Position numbers and translations under genes: made by a program. A stretch of 56,097 nucleotides of DNA, counting the filler, from Dugesia japonica (lineage: Eukaryota), in the NCBI GenBank assembly GCA_001938525.1. It is 5 parts of 5 records of this genome, joined end to end, with 100 filler letters (N's around TTAATTAATTAA, not from the genome) between each part and the next. Parts side by side here need not be neighbours in the genome. Positions count along the whole stretch, not along the records: positions 1 to 9,253 come from MQRL01561649.1; positions 9,354 to 21,358 come from MQRL01645851.1; 3 more parts are not named here. The stretch is one strand, 5' to 3'. Within the stretch, counting starts at the first letter, position 1, and every line of letters begins with the position of its first letter. Positions 1-11,255 of this stretch are shown here, piece by piece. The notes below the pieces were generated by a model. It saw only the letters and a list, made by a program, of their open reading frames with translations. It was not told the DNA's origin and did not search any database.

Positions 1-75
1 AATTGCAATTATTGCGAGAATAATTGTTGGACATAAACATTGATCGTTTTATAGAATTCATTTAATATAAAAGCA

Positions 76-1825
76 ATGGATGGTTTGAAAAATTCAAAAA
101 ACTGCATTCATTGCACAATATAAAACTACAAGGAGAAAAATCATCTGCTGATGTAGAAGGAGCAAAGCTGTATCCAGGAGAACTTGCCAAAATAATTCAA
201 GAAAAGGGCTATTCCNNNNNNNNNNNNNNNNNNNNNNNNNNNNNNNNNNNNNNNNNNNNNNNNNNTCAGGTGTTTAACGCCGATGAGACAGGATTGTGGT
301 GGGAAAAAATGCCCTCTAGAACCTATATTTCAAAAAATGTAAAGATAGCACCTGGATTTAAGGAAGCTAAAGATCGGGTCACCTTACTTTTCTGCAGTAA
401 CGCATTTGGTGATTTTATGACGAAGCCTATATTCATTAACCGATCGTTAAATCCACGAGCGTTGAAACGATGTAACAAAAAAACCTTCCTGTGTATTGGA
501 GGGCCAATAAAAATTGCATGGATCACGATTTATTTATTTAACGATTGATTTCATCATTGTTTTATTCCGGATGTGGAAAACTATTTGAAGAAGAAGAATG
601 TAGCATTCAAAGTTCTACTAATTTTGGATAATGCTCCCTCGCATTCATGTGATTTAAATCACCCAAATGTGCAGATAACATTTTTACCCCCTAATACTAC
701 CTCGCTATTACAGGCTTTGGACCAAGGGATCATAGCGAATTTTAAATCAATTTATATCCGTAGGTCGTTTCAATTAATTTTAGACAAANNNNNNNNNNNN
801 NNNNNNNNNNNNNNNNNNNNNNNNNNNNNNNNNNNNNNATTTTAGACAAAATAGACAAAACATACATTACAATTAGCGAAGTTTGGAAACAATTCTCAAT
901 TTTGGATTGTGTTGAAATTGTTGCTTCGTCAATAAAAGAAATGCGTCAATCCACGCGAAATGCTTGTTGCAAAGTATTATTACCAGAAATGGTAAATCAG
1001 AAAGGTGCTGTTGAACCAACTCAGGTCGGATTTGGAAAGATACTTAATATTCGATGAAATAACATTGGATGACATACAAGAACTAGTTATGGAGGATGAA
1101 ATAAACGAAGCAGATTTGGTGGCAATAGTCAGTAAAACACCACCGATTGAAGACAGTAATTCTGAAGATATATCTGATGATGAAGATAAATCTAAGAAAT
1201 TTACTGTAAAATGTGTAGAAAAAGGTTTAGATATGGCGAAGCAGTTAGCAAATTATTTTTTAGAGAATGATCCACTGGAGGAAAGAGCTCAAAAATTTAA
1301 AAGAAATTTAGAAATTGCTTGTCTTCTTATGACGAAATTTATAAAGATTTGCTCGCAAAAAAGGAAACATTCTTTAATAACTGATTTTGTCAAGCCGATA
1401 ACGATCGCAAAAGCTAACGAACCTATACATTGCTCCAGTTGTTCAGATTCGGATGCAGTACCAGCAAAACGTTCGCGGCATCATCCGCTTAGCAGTGATA
1501 AAGAAGAATTTGCATAAATAATATGCATCAACATTTTTTTTATGTTTTAATTTTTATAAATTTGAATTTTTGTATAGTTCTTAATTTTTAAAAACGTGAA
1601 CTATTTTATTAAATTTNATTAATTTATTATAATTTCATTGAAGACTTCCTAATCAAATCTTGAATATTAACTTATTAAAGTTTCATTTTATTAATTTAAA
1701 TGCAGTTTTTTATACTTGGAACCTAACCCCTTTTTATCTATAGAGTTCATGTCTCTTACAACGCGATTTCCTACAACGCGACGTTTCCTAAGAACGTATC
1801 CGTTGCGTTGTAGGAGGGTTGACTG
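76..1825 (+). mobile_element. Tigger/pogo-type DNA transposon, 5'-truncated, decayed DDE_1 transposase with intact right TIR
   Basis: Frameshifted ORFs 111-548, 573-845 and 1005-1517 contain QVFNADETGLWW, KDRVTLLFCSNA, LLILDNAPSH and FLPPNTTSLLQALDQGII, typical TIGD/pogo motifs. The element ends in ...cgttgtaggagggttgactg (1825) followed by TA, with internal tacaacgcg subterminal repeats. Confidence 0.92.
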
Positions 1826-2117
1826 TATACACGAAAATGGAAAGCTTATTTATTTTTAAAATATATTTGAATTTTAAAAAAATGAAAACAAAATCATGGC
1901 ATTTATAAGTTCATTGATAGTCATACATTATAATCTTTCATTTTCATTATACACTGTTTGGCTTCTTCCATATATTAAATTGGAGAAGGTGAGATGCATA
2001 ATCAACAACATGAGCCCTGTAATTAATATTTGATAACATTGTTTGACTAATGAGCAGTCATCATGAGCTTATAAACTCTTTTCATATAAACAAAATCATT
2101 TATATGATTTTGTTAAA

Positions 2118-2788
2118 ATGTTACTACAAAACAATGTGGTTTTTCAAATTGTCAGCCTTAGTGAAGCGGTAAAACATTATTTGTTTGCAAATTTCTACTA
2201 AGTAAATTGTTTCTGACCATATTCAAACATATTTATTGGCATCAAGGTGGTGGAGGTGAAGCTGGCTTGACTAATGGTGAATTTTGCAAGTTGATAAAGA
2301 TGATTGATGGATTCGATGATGATTAGTTAAAGAGATTAAATACTGGGAATGTTATTTTAATTGATGACTTGTTTCAAGAGGCAAATAAACAGGCTGATTT
2401 TAATAATCTCTTTACAAAATCTGCTCTTCATGGTAATGTAACTGTCATCTTCATTACCCAAAATCTTTTTTAACAAGACGGTATGCATCGTACACGTAAT
2501 ATAAATGTCCATTATTTAGTTTTATTCAAGAATCCCCTAGATCAAACTGTGATTGATTATCTTTCCCGTCAAGCATTTCCTCTCAATAAAGGATTTTTAT
2601 ATGATGCATTTTGCGATCTTACTATAAGGGCACATGGTTATTTATTTATCAATTTTACGGAACTATGTTCTGATGATGAACGAGTAAAAACCGATATTTT
2701 CAATTCAGAAGGAATAACAGTTTACAAACCATTGGTACAAACAAAATTAGTAAAAATTATAAAAACAACAAGAAATGCATCGATTTAA
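2118..2788 (+). pseudogene. Polinton DNA-packaging ATPase (FtsK/HerA, A32-like)
   Basis: Walker A S(G)SGKT broken by a 1-nt deletion near 2165, Walker B VILIDDL, then FTKSALHGNVTVIFITQNLF and INVHYLVLFKNP. In-frame stops present. Confidence 0.9.
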
Positions 2789-3264
2789 AAACGTTGTCAT
2801 CCAACAAAAAGGTGGTGGTGCTAATTTGAGGCGATTTTCGCGAATCATTCCATACTTTAAGGCAATTTTAAAGGCTCCATCAAATTCTCGATGGCATATT
2901 ATGCAATCAATGCCGGAATTTGTCATAAATGATTTCATAATTGTTTTGCAACAAATTTTATTGGATCGAGTCGATGTTAGTTACAATAGTTAAAGATATC
3001 GATTGAAAAAGTATCAAGAAGCTCTTGTAGATGTAGCAAAAGCAAAGAACTTGGCAACAAAGAAACGAATACTTGAAAGACATTTTCCTATACAAAATGA
3101 AAACAAGAAGAAGAGTAAAAAACAAATTTATTATTGAAAAATGGAAATGGATTTGTTTGGGCTGCACTTTACCAATTCTAAGTTGGTTGGGAAAGGTGGC
3201 TACAACTGGTGCAGTTGGAGCTGTTACAGGATACGCTATAAAGAAAATTATTGATTCTGTATAA
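2775..3264 (+). pseudogene. Conserved small Polinton ORF upstream of integrase (putative virion core or membrane-active protein)
   Basis: Basic helical N-terminal part (RLKKYQEALVDVAKAKNLATKKRIL) followed, across frameshifts, by GNGFVWAAL-LPILSWLGKVATTGAVGAVTG. This resembles the GGF..LLPIL motif of Polinton small ORFs. Confidence 0.55.
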
Positions 3265-3330
3265 ACAATTTAAATTCTTTTCGATAATGCAATATAAATG
3301 GGTGTTGTTGCTGTATTTCGCGCGATCAAG

Positions 3331-4340
3331 TTGATGAAACATCTATGATACAATCCAAAGGATTCGGTTGGATACACCGGTATTTCAAAGATTGCAAATA
3401 CTGCAAATATTGCGGTAAAAAGACGAAGAAATGGTTAGGTAACCAATTAGCGTATAGTTTGAATAGACCAATGTGAAAACGGTTTCCAACACGCAAATAT
3501 ATTGTTGCTGGGGTTAATAGACTATGACAAATGGATTTGATGGAAATGATTATAAATAATGATTATAGATATATTTTGACATGTGTTGATGTATTTAGTC
3601 GATTTGCCCAAGCAGTACTAGTAAAACAGAAATCTGGTAAAGATATTTTGTTGGCTTTGATGGCAATGTTTAAAATTATTCACCCAATATCTATTCAAAC
3701 CGATTTGGGTAAAGAGTTTTGCAATACTCAAGTAAAATCATTACTGAAACAATATAGTATACTACACTATTCAGTATTTTCTCAGTACAAGGCTGCTCTA
3801 GTTGANCGATTTNATCGAACACTANNCACAGATTAAGCAAGTTTTTTACCAAACAAAGTAACAAAAAATGAATACATGTTTTACCAAAAATGATTTATGC
3901 ATACAACCATTCTGAGCACAGAAGTATTTGAGGAGAAAAGACACCAGTTGATGTTACAAATGATGATGATTATATACAATATTTCATCAATAAAAAACCA
4001 AAACCAAAAAATTTAAAATTAGACAACATGTAAAAAATTCTCGAATTAGTATTACACCATTCATCAAAAACTTTGATAATAATTGGAGTGATGTAGTCTT
4101 TCAAATCTCGAAAATCAATACTAGACATACCCCAATCATGTATGTAACACGTAATGAAAATGGTAATATTATTCAAGGCAAATTTTATGAGGAGGAATTC
4201 CAAGTGTTGCCGGAAACACCAAGTACATATCGAATCAAACAAATTCTCAAAACCAAAGGTTAAGGCCAATAAAAACAATATTTAGTTGAGTGGCATGGCT
4301 ATTCAAAGACTACGTGGATTCAAGCATCTCAAATCCAAAT
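3331..4340 (+). pseudogene. Polinton retroviral-like (rve) integrase with C-terminal chromodomain
   Basis: YNPKDSVGYTG, WLGNQLAYSLNRP, QMDLMEM, YILTCVDVFSRFA, IQTDLGKEF, YNHSEHRS and chromodomain YLVEWHGYSKTTWI. Multiple stops and frameshifts. Confidence 0.9.
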
Positions 4341-4638
4341 ATGAGTTTCTATATGGTTTTGCCAAGCAATAGTTGTCCAAGAACTCAACCTGATAATTAT
4401 GCAAGCAAGTATATGGTTGACTATGAGGAATTTAAAGGAATTTAAAGATTCGTATACGTATTTAACCTTTGTTTTAGCTCCGGACTTTGCAGTTGATCAA
4501 CCGCAAAAACCAAAAACCGGAAATCTCAGGTTGGATGTACAATTCCATAAACCCTTGACGGAATCAGTGACAATGTATGCATATAAATTTTTTGATTCGG
4601 AAATTCAAATCACCAAAAATGGAGTAGTAGTTGTATAA
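4341..4638 (+). pseudogene. Deletion-fusion of minor capsid (penton) N-terminus and major capsid (hexon, DJR) C-terminus
   Basis: MSFYMVLPSNSCPRTQPDNYASKY matches the Polinton penton start (FYxxLPSNS..PxN). FKDSYTYLTFVLAPD..GNLRLDVQFHKPLTESVTMYAYKFFDSEIQI matches the hexon C-terminus. Confidence 0.75.
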
Positions 4639-4705
4639 AAAATACATACATGTATGATTTTATTGCATAGCATGAAGTATAAGTTGCTTTTATAAAGAAA
4701 ATTTA

Positions 4706-5062
4706 TTGACTAATAGTCCTTTTCAGATTGAAATAATATTGAAACGTGATTTGGGTAGCAGGAGATTCAACAGAGTGTATCCACTTGAACGATTACTAGA
4801 TTTCCTACAAAATGGATCTTATGTAATCAATACACATATCTCAAATTGATATGGTAAGCATTGGATTAACATTCATTTCAAACCAACTATTATTCGTGTA
4901 TTTGATCCAATGGGGAGATTATATCCACCATTGTTGGTAGCGAAATTGGAGTGTATGCAACAATATGTCGAATACAATCAAATCATGTATCATAATCCAT
5001 TGACATTTTTATGTGGACAATATTGTATTAAATGACACAAAAGCCTCTATAAACAATGTTAA
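4706..5062 (+). pseudogene. Adenain-like cysteine protease
   Basis: YVINT...GKHWI...VFDPMG...YNQIMYHNPLTFLCGQYC carries the His/Asp/Cys catalytic motifs. Two in-frame stops. Confidence 0.85.
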
Positions 5063-5086
5063 TGTGATTATCAATAAGTATTTAAA

Positions 5087-5561
5087 ATGCCTGTGTTTTT
5101 ATTGACTACGAAGCCTTTCAGAATAATAGTGCCGACTATTTAATTAAATAATTATGTATACTAGATGCGAATAATATTCTTAAATCGTTTTATTACATGT
5201 TTGCAATGCCGGAATTGATGATCAGTTCATCAAAATCTGCTCAAACACCTAATGAGTACTTACTGCTCTGGCGTCGTCATCTCAGATGGAGATTGTAAAT
5301 TTGATCCAATTCAAATTCTCAATGACCTACAAACAATTTCTAATGATGCATTGTTTTATATGAATGATCAAGTAAATGGAAAGAAAATTAATACTCTCAA
5401 ACACTTTTCTCGAGTCTTCAAATTGTTAATTATAACTTAAATAAGCCTCTTTAATTGTGTATACCGGATAATATTTCTTGTCCAAATTTTAATCATGGAG
5501 ATTATTGTGCTTACAAAAAACGTTTAAAGATTTGTATACATTGCCTGTCCTCATGTAAATA
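5087..5561 (+). pseudogene. Polinton accessory ORF, DEDD-exonuclease-like N-terminus with C-terminal C/H cluster
   Basis: FFIDYEAFQ....YLIK*LCI at the start and CPNFNHGDYCA near the end. Frameshifted. Confidence 0.5.
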
Positions 5562-7152
5562 AAAATTATTTTTGCTTTTTTTATTATTGATAATAATATT
5601 ATTGNAAAATAATAATAATAATAATAATGAATAAAGTTTAAAAGATCATGATTAAATTGTGAAATTTTTCACTTTTCAAAATAATGAGGCTCATCATTTT
5701 TCATTAATAAATTTAAAAGTTAGGGTGTGAAAGCTCATGCCAAATGTGTGAAATTTCACGTCATAAAAAAACAATTTAATTATACGATTTCATATATAAA
5801 TGCTCAATGCGCAACGCTTTAAAGTTTTTTTACAAACTCATATTTGAAGTGTGATAATTCAACTACTAATAAAAAAATTATTATTTCATTGTTTACTCAC
5901 ACTAATAAAATTAATTAGGTGTAAAAAGTCTCATATTGAAAAAAACAATAAATAATATAAAATGTAATGTTTACAATAAAAGTGTGAAATTTGACGACAA
6001 AGGTGAAAAGTTTCACACCTATTGTTGTTTATAAGGTGTGAAGTGATCTGTCAATCATCTGCGCCGGTAATTACCTAANCACCTACTAATGTAATATTTT
6101 TATACAGAAATGGAATATTTGAATAAAATAAAAGAATCTAATATTATAGAAATGAAACATCTCGTAGACAAATTTTTCTGTTTTCTATTGGTCAAATAAT
6201 AAATCAATTCTTAATAACATTCTCGATATATGGCATTACTAACATCGATGAGAGTATTTTTATACACATGTATTTTATTTATTTGAAATTATTAAAATAT
6301 TTCAGAAAATATTAAACATTAGCTCATGTAAAGTATTAATGTTATTTAAATGAACCAAGTTTAACAAAACTATTTAAAAAGTCTACATTTTTCCGATTTG
6401 GTAACAATAAAAAAAAGATACAAAACAACATTTTAAGCATTTTAAGTTGTCGATGATTACGAGTTTCTATTTTGAAAAATTAATTTTAAAACTTTTTGTT
6501 TTTCGTTAATTAGAATATTCAAACTAGGCTCTAAATGCCTTTAAAAAATTCAAAAATATTTAGAATATTTTTAATGTATAAATTGTGAATTCCTAAAAAC
6601 TTTAAAAATGTATTTATTACAGTTTTTTTAAATAAAAAAGGCGTTTAATACACTGACATCTCATTTCATTAAAATATCTTTTTAATTTTGCTAACATTCT
6701 TTAAAAGATATTTTATTAACTCTTTAATGGATATCGATTTTCATAAATTCATTTGATCATCTTGTAAGTGTCTGCATATCCGTTCTTGCATTTTGATCAT
6801 CTCTCTTTCTTTTAATACCCTTCATCAACAATATAAATATGAATCCTTGTTGGTAGCTAATCTACAACATTTTCTTTTTCCCATTCATTATTGAACCATC
6901 ATTCTATGTAAATAAAGAATTGAATTGGTAGCAAACAACTATCTTTTCCACTACCAAAAAGGATAAGAAAATCTGAAGGTTGTGCAGAAAACAATAATAT
7001 TATTAGATATTTATTTGAATAATATGGATCCCATAAATCCCTTCACATTGCTTCCTTGATTTATCGGATGCTTTTAAAAATATTCCTATACATCATATTA
7101 CCGAATTTTAAAACATATGGAAATAGAAGACAATGCAAATAACCACATTAAT

Positions 7153-7576
7153 TGTTGTTTTATAACTAAAAGGAACTAAATAGACAACATATATTTTAAA
7201 AAACTGCCGATTACATATTAGTTCGACTAAACAACATCTATTTCTACACCCCCTCTCGAATTTATTGTTGGTATTTAGGATTTACTTTCCACTCTCGAAT
7301 TGGGTAGCGCCTGTCTTTATTTTAGGTTTTCTGCAACTCTAATGTATTAGATCTCATTGTTCCACTGATGATAGATTCAGAATTGTAATTAGTTTGACGA
7401 ATCTCTCCCTTGAACCGTTTTACTTGGTGAATATTCCTTGTTATTCTTTTATTGTTCAGTAAAAGCTCTAAATTATTATTAGGTCAAATATTATTAACTT
7501 TCCATGGTCCTGAAAATCTCCTCATAAGCAAACCCCTCTCGTTGGTTTTTACCATAACCAAATCCCCTATTTTAAC
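7153..7576 (-). mobile_element. Gypsy 3' fragment: integrase GPY/F tail, polypurine tract and ~96-bp LTR
   Basis: Minus strand reads VKIGDLVMVK...RRFSGPWKV, then PPT gagaggggg directly before TGTAGA...CAACA (7248-7153). Confidence 0.65.
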
Positions 7577-8039
7577 AGTAGGTAAATAGTAGCACAATGG
7601 ATAACCCCCCGGGGGGGGGGTAGATGGTCTATAAAACTTCAGCGCGGTTTGAGTGATCTATGATTTTTTTTTCACTCGGATTTTGGGTAATTTTTTTTGT
7701 GATTTTTTGTGGATTTTTTGGTGATTTTCTGTGATTGTTTAGAGAGTTTTGTGATTTTATTGGGATATCTTTGAAATTTTTCGAATAAATCGGGTGGATT
7801 TTGAGTGATCTATGAATTTTTAGTAGATCACTCGACTTTTTAGTGATTTTCTTGTTTTAATTAATGTATATTTTTAGTTATCATTAATGGACTTTTTTGT
7901 TTTAATTGATGGGTTTTTTTAATTAATATGTTTTTTTGTTTTAATTAATAGTGGCATTTTTTGGGTAATTCAAATTTTAATATTTTTTTAAAGGTGAAGG
8001 GGAATTTAAAGTTATTTTCGAAGTCTAAATATATATGCT

Positions 8040-8245
8040 TAGGGTAATCTTGATACTTTACATGGTATGGGGCAGTCTTTATTTTTTGCATGATATGGGG
8101 CAGTCTCGATATTTATATGGTATAAGGCAGTCTTGATATTTTGCATGGGGCAGTTTAGATCTTTTGCATGTAATGGGACAGTCTTAATATTTTGCATGGG
8201 GCAGTCTAAATATATATGCTCATGGTAGTCTAAACACATATGCTC
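8040..8245. repeat. Degenerate minisatellite, about 8 units of 23-28 bp
   Basis: Repeating ggggcagtcttgatattttgcat(gatat). Confidence 0.85.
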
Positions 8246-8728
8246 AAAGGTATTTAATTAAAGGTATGTAAGGAAAAAGACATTAATTAATTTTTTATAC
8301 GTTAATTAGTTGAAATAAATTATTAATAATTATTTTCATGCGTTGTTTCAGTAACAGTCTTGTTTTCCTTCCATACCATTACATAACCTTCTCCGACATG
8401 TACAGTCCGACCTAGAGAATCCATCAAGGTCTTTAGCATCCAATTCAAATACGTTCATAATTGAACTTATCGATTAGTTTGCGTAGTTTTTACTAGGCTA
8501 AGCTAGATTACAGTATGTGAATCTCCGGTAGCAGTGCTTCTATCCGTTTACATTCGGATATAATTTAACACCACTACAATTGTTTTAAAATCAATCAATC
8601 ATCCTCGTCAATAGTTCACTAGACTCAGATCCGCAAAATAATCAGGAATTTCAAAACAACTGTTACTTATTCAATACATGACATATTTTATATTATTTAG
8701 CACATATTAAAAATCTGTAACACATTTT

Positions 8729-8980
8729 TTGACCATATTAATGGATCCTTTAAATATCATAGACCATATCACTATGGAACCTTTAACACATTTTTTGACC
8801 ATATTAATGAAACCTTTAAATACCATAGACCATATTACTATAGAACCTTTAAATATCATAAATCATATTATTAAGGAACCTTTAAATATCATAGACCATA
8901 TTACTATGGAACNTTTAAACATAATTGATCATATTAATGGAACCTTTAATCATAATAGACCATATAATAATGGAACATTT
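8729..8980. repeat. 33-bp minisatellite, about 7 units
   Basis: Repeating ggaacctttaaatatcatagaccatattactat, which gives the EPLNIIDHITM periodic ORF. Confidence 0.9.
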
Positions 8981-9253
8981 TATTTGATTTACCTAAATTT
9001 ACATTAAATTAACATATAAAAGAAATAAACTGACCATTTTTAAATTCTCCATTTTTAATTTTTAATGCAATTAAGTAAATATGAAATTAAACAATCAACA
9101 AATATATTGATTACTTAATTTCATATTATCATAATTGTAATTATTATAATTATACTAATATGAAATGAATAAAATATAATTTTTTACATAGTTACCGATC
9201 TTTATTTAGTTACCAAGTATAGTTTGTATTATTTACATAGTTACGCCACTCGG

Positions 9254-9353
9254 NNNNNNNNNNNNNNNNNNNNNNNNNNNNNNNNNNNNNNNNNNNNTTA
9301 ATTAATTAANNNNNNNNNNNNNNNNNNNNNNNNNNNNNNNNNNNNNNNNNNNN
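9254..9353. other. Artificial 100-bp assembly gap (N44-TTAATTAATTAA-N44); also at spacers 21403-21414, 31489-31500, 41734-41745
   Basis: An identical all-frame-stop spacer is embedded in N runs four times. Confidence 0.95.
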
Positions 9354-9753
9354 TCCTTGGTGGATCACACAGGAACAGCTTCGGATCAAGAGCGAGACCA
9401 TCAAAGAGATGGATGACGAGATAATTCAACAGAGACGGGGATTCGCAGAACAAGTTCAAAGGATCAATAAATTACAGCTCGGAGTAGACCAGCAAGAGCA
9501 ACAACATCAGTTAAAGGTTTCAGAACTCCCTCATTTGCAGCAGGAACGGAAAAAGGAATTAATCACCTTGTTAATTAGTGTAACCGAACTGGCCAAACAG
9601 CAACAGCATGTTATCACATAAATGCGAAACACCCAGCTGGAGGCGGAGGAATACGCCTAACTCTCGGAACGTTTAAATATTAAAGTCGAGGCGGTGTTAC
9701 AACAGGTGTTGGCGCCTCTGGATGATGCAGTATCGGTAGAGACTACCATGTAA
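9354..9753 (+). pseudogene. Coiled-coil gene A, copy 1 (unknown function)
   Basis: PWWITQEQLR...EQVQRINKL...KELITLLISVTELAKQQQ...LSERLNIKVEAVLQQVLAPLD aligns with 35514-36040. Two internal stops; the N-terminus lies in or before the gap. Confidence 0.7.
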
Positions 9754-9989
9754 TCGTTTGTGTTAAAAAACAATACAGTTTTAGTTGTGCAATTGTTTTG
9801 GTTCTTTTAGTGCTTATCGTTTGTGCTTATAGAATTAATCATAAATATCTTGATAACGAAATTTCTAAACTGTGGGATCAAAATAAATAAAAAAATACAT
9901 TCTTATTAAACCACAAGACATATTATTATAAATGCAATAAATTCTATATTATAAAAAGAATATTCACTATNNNNNNNNNNNNNNNNNNN

Positions 9990-10299
9990 AGCCAAAAAAG
10001 TGACTGACAACTCAATGACAGACATGCGGACGAAATGGTATGCGATCCAGAAGAAGCTGAAGAATCAAGTTATGGAACTGCAGCGGAAGAACACTCGGCT
10101 CCGTGAGAAGGTATCTAAGCTAAAGGAACGGGATCTCGCGTTGTCGCAAACCGGTCGCGTCATGGCGGATATCAACAAGGCATATGCGGACAGGAAAAGT
10201 GTGCTAATCGCAACAGTAAGGACGCTCAACCAAGTATTGAAACCGAAACCGGACACAACAAAAGAAAAATCAAAAGAAATTATCGAGCTAGATGAATGA
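9990..10299 (+). CDS. Coiled-coil gene B, copy 1 (unknown function), open frame with start in gap
   Basis: 99-aa ORF TDNSMTDMRTKW...KLKERDLALSQ...EIIELDE, homologous to 34979-35296 with many synonymous differences. Confidence 0.7.
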
Positions 10300-11119
10300 C
10301 TACGATTGTTATAAATNNNNNNNNNNNNNNNNNNNNNNNNNNNNNNNNNNNNNNNNNNNNNNNNNNGTTAAATCTCTGAATCTTATATGAACTAATAAGA
10401 TGAAATTTTAAAAGCATGAACCGGAAAGAAATTAAAACCTAAGACGGGATACAGCATAGTCCCACTGGAACCGGGAAATGGGGATCGTGTTACTAGTGAG
10501 AGTAACACAAATTTCTGTGGTCACTAGGTATCATCCCCCAGACAGAAAAGTTATTTAATAGAAGAAACAACTACTATCAAGAGAATCTGATAATGGAAAT
10601 TCATTTAGATAATATTAAAACAACATCAAAAAGCTTAGTAACCCCACAGAACTAATTAATATTCATCAAAGTAAAATAATATTTTCATAAATAATTACAA
10701 CAATAATAGAAATAATATAGATGTCAACCTCAAAAATTCATTATAAAGTTTAGCCCGAGTCAGGATTCAACCACCACACTTCTCATTCATTCACTTGATT
10801 CTCATAACCTTTCGCAACTAGCAATCATAAACATTTCGCTTCATCTTTATTTAATATCAATTCTAAATCTCGTCTCACCTCATGATCTTTCACTCTCGAT
10901 TCATAAATTCATCTCTCATACTACTACCCAATCACGTCATAATCATTTACTATCAATTTATCAATTCATATCTCGCCCTATTTCACCATCATTCACTATC
11001 AATTCATCTCTCATCTTTCTTATTATTTCTCATTAACAATTCTCATATGTCACGATATCCTTCACAACAACATCCTTTAATAATACAAAATCTTCCACAT
11101 GTATTAACTTTTTCATCTG

Positions 11120-11255
11120 TATCCATTAAAATCTCTCATAACATATTCATTAATAACTATCATCCAAATCTATTAAAATCTCTCACGACATATTCATTAA
11201 TAACTCCCATCCGTATCCATTAAAATCTCTCACGAAATATTCATTAATAACTATT
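11120..11255. repeat. Tandem repeat, about 3 units of ~50 bp
   Basis: Repeating attaaaatctctcacgacatattcattaataact. Confidence 0.75.

Larger units (their letters stand above)
2100..6087 (+). mobile_element. Polinton/Maverick (adintovirus-like) element, decayed and internally deleted; pPolB not present in window
   Basis: Co-oriented ATPase, conserved small ORF, integrase, capsid fragments, adenain-like protease and exonuclease-like ORF. Putative right terminus ...cacctact at 6087 (AGTAGGTG on the minus strand). Left boundary not identified. Confidence 0.88.
7577..10650 (+). mobile_element. Unclassified element, copy 1 (AGTAGGT terminus, minisatellites, small coiled-coil genes); possibly a Polinton-family arm
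   Basis: Begins AGTAGGTAAATAGTAG where the Gypsy fragment breaks off. Genes at 9354-10650 are homologous to 34670-35930 on the minus strand. Right end undefined. Confidence 0.6.

Noticed and set aside
8729-9007. ORF with 11-aa periodic repeat; possible CRISPR-like array
   Set aside because: A by-product of a 33-bp minisatellite with no unique spacers, in a eukaryotic context.
9298-9309. TTAATTAATTAA palindrome recurring about every 10-12 kb
   Set aside because: Always centred in N44 flanks; it is an assembly spacer, not biology.
10882-11223. 113-aa His/Ser/Ile-rich ORF
   Set aside because: Explained by G-poor low-complexity composition and tandem repeats.
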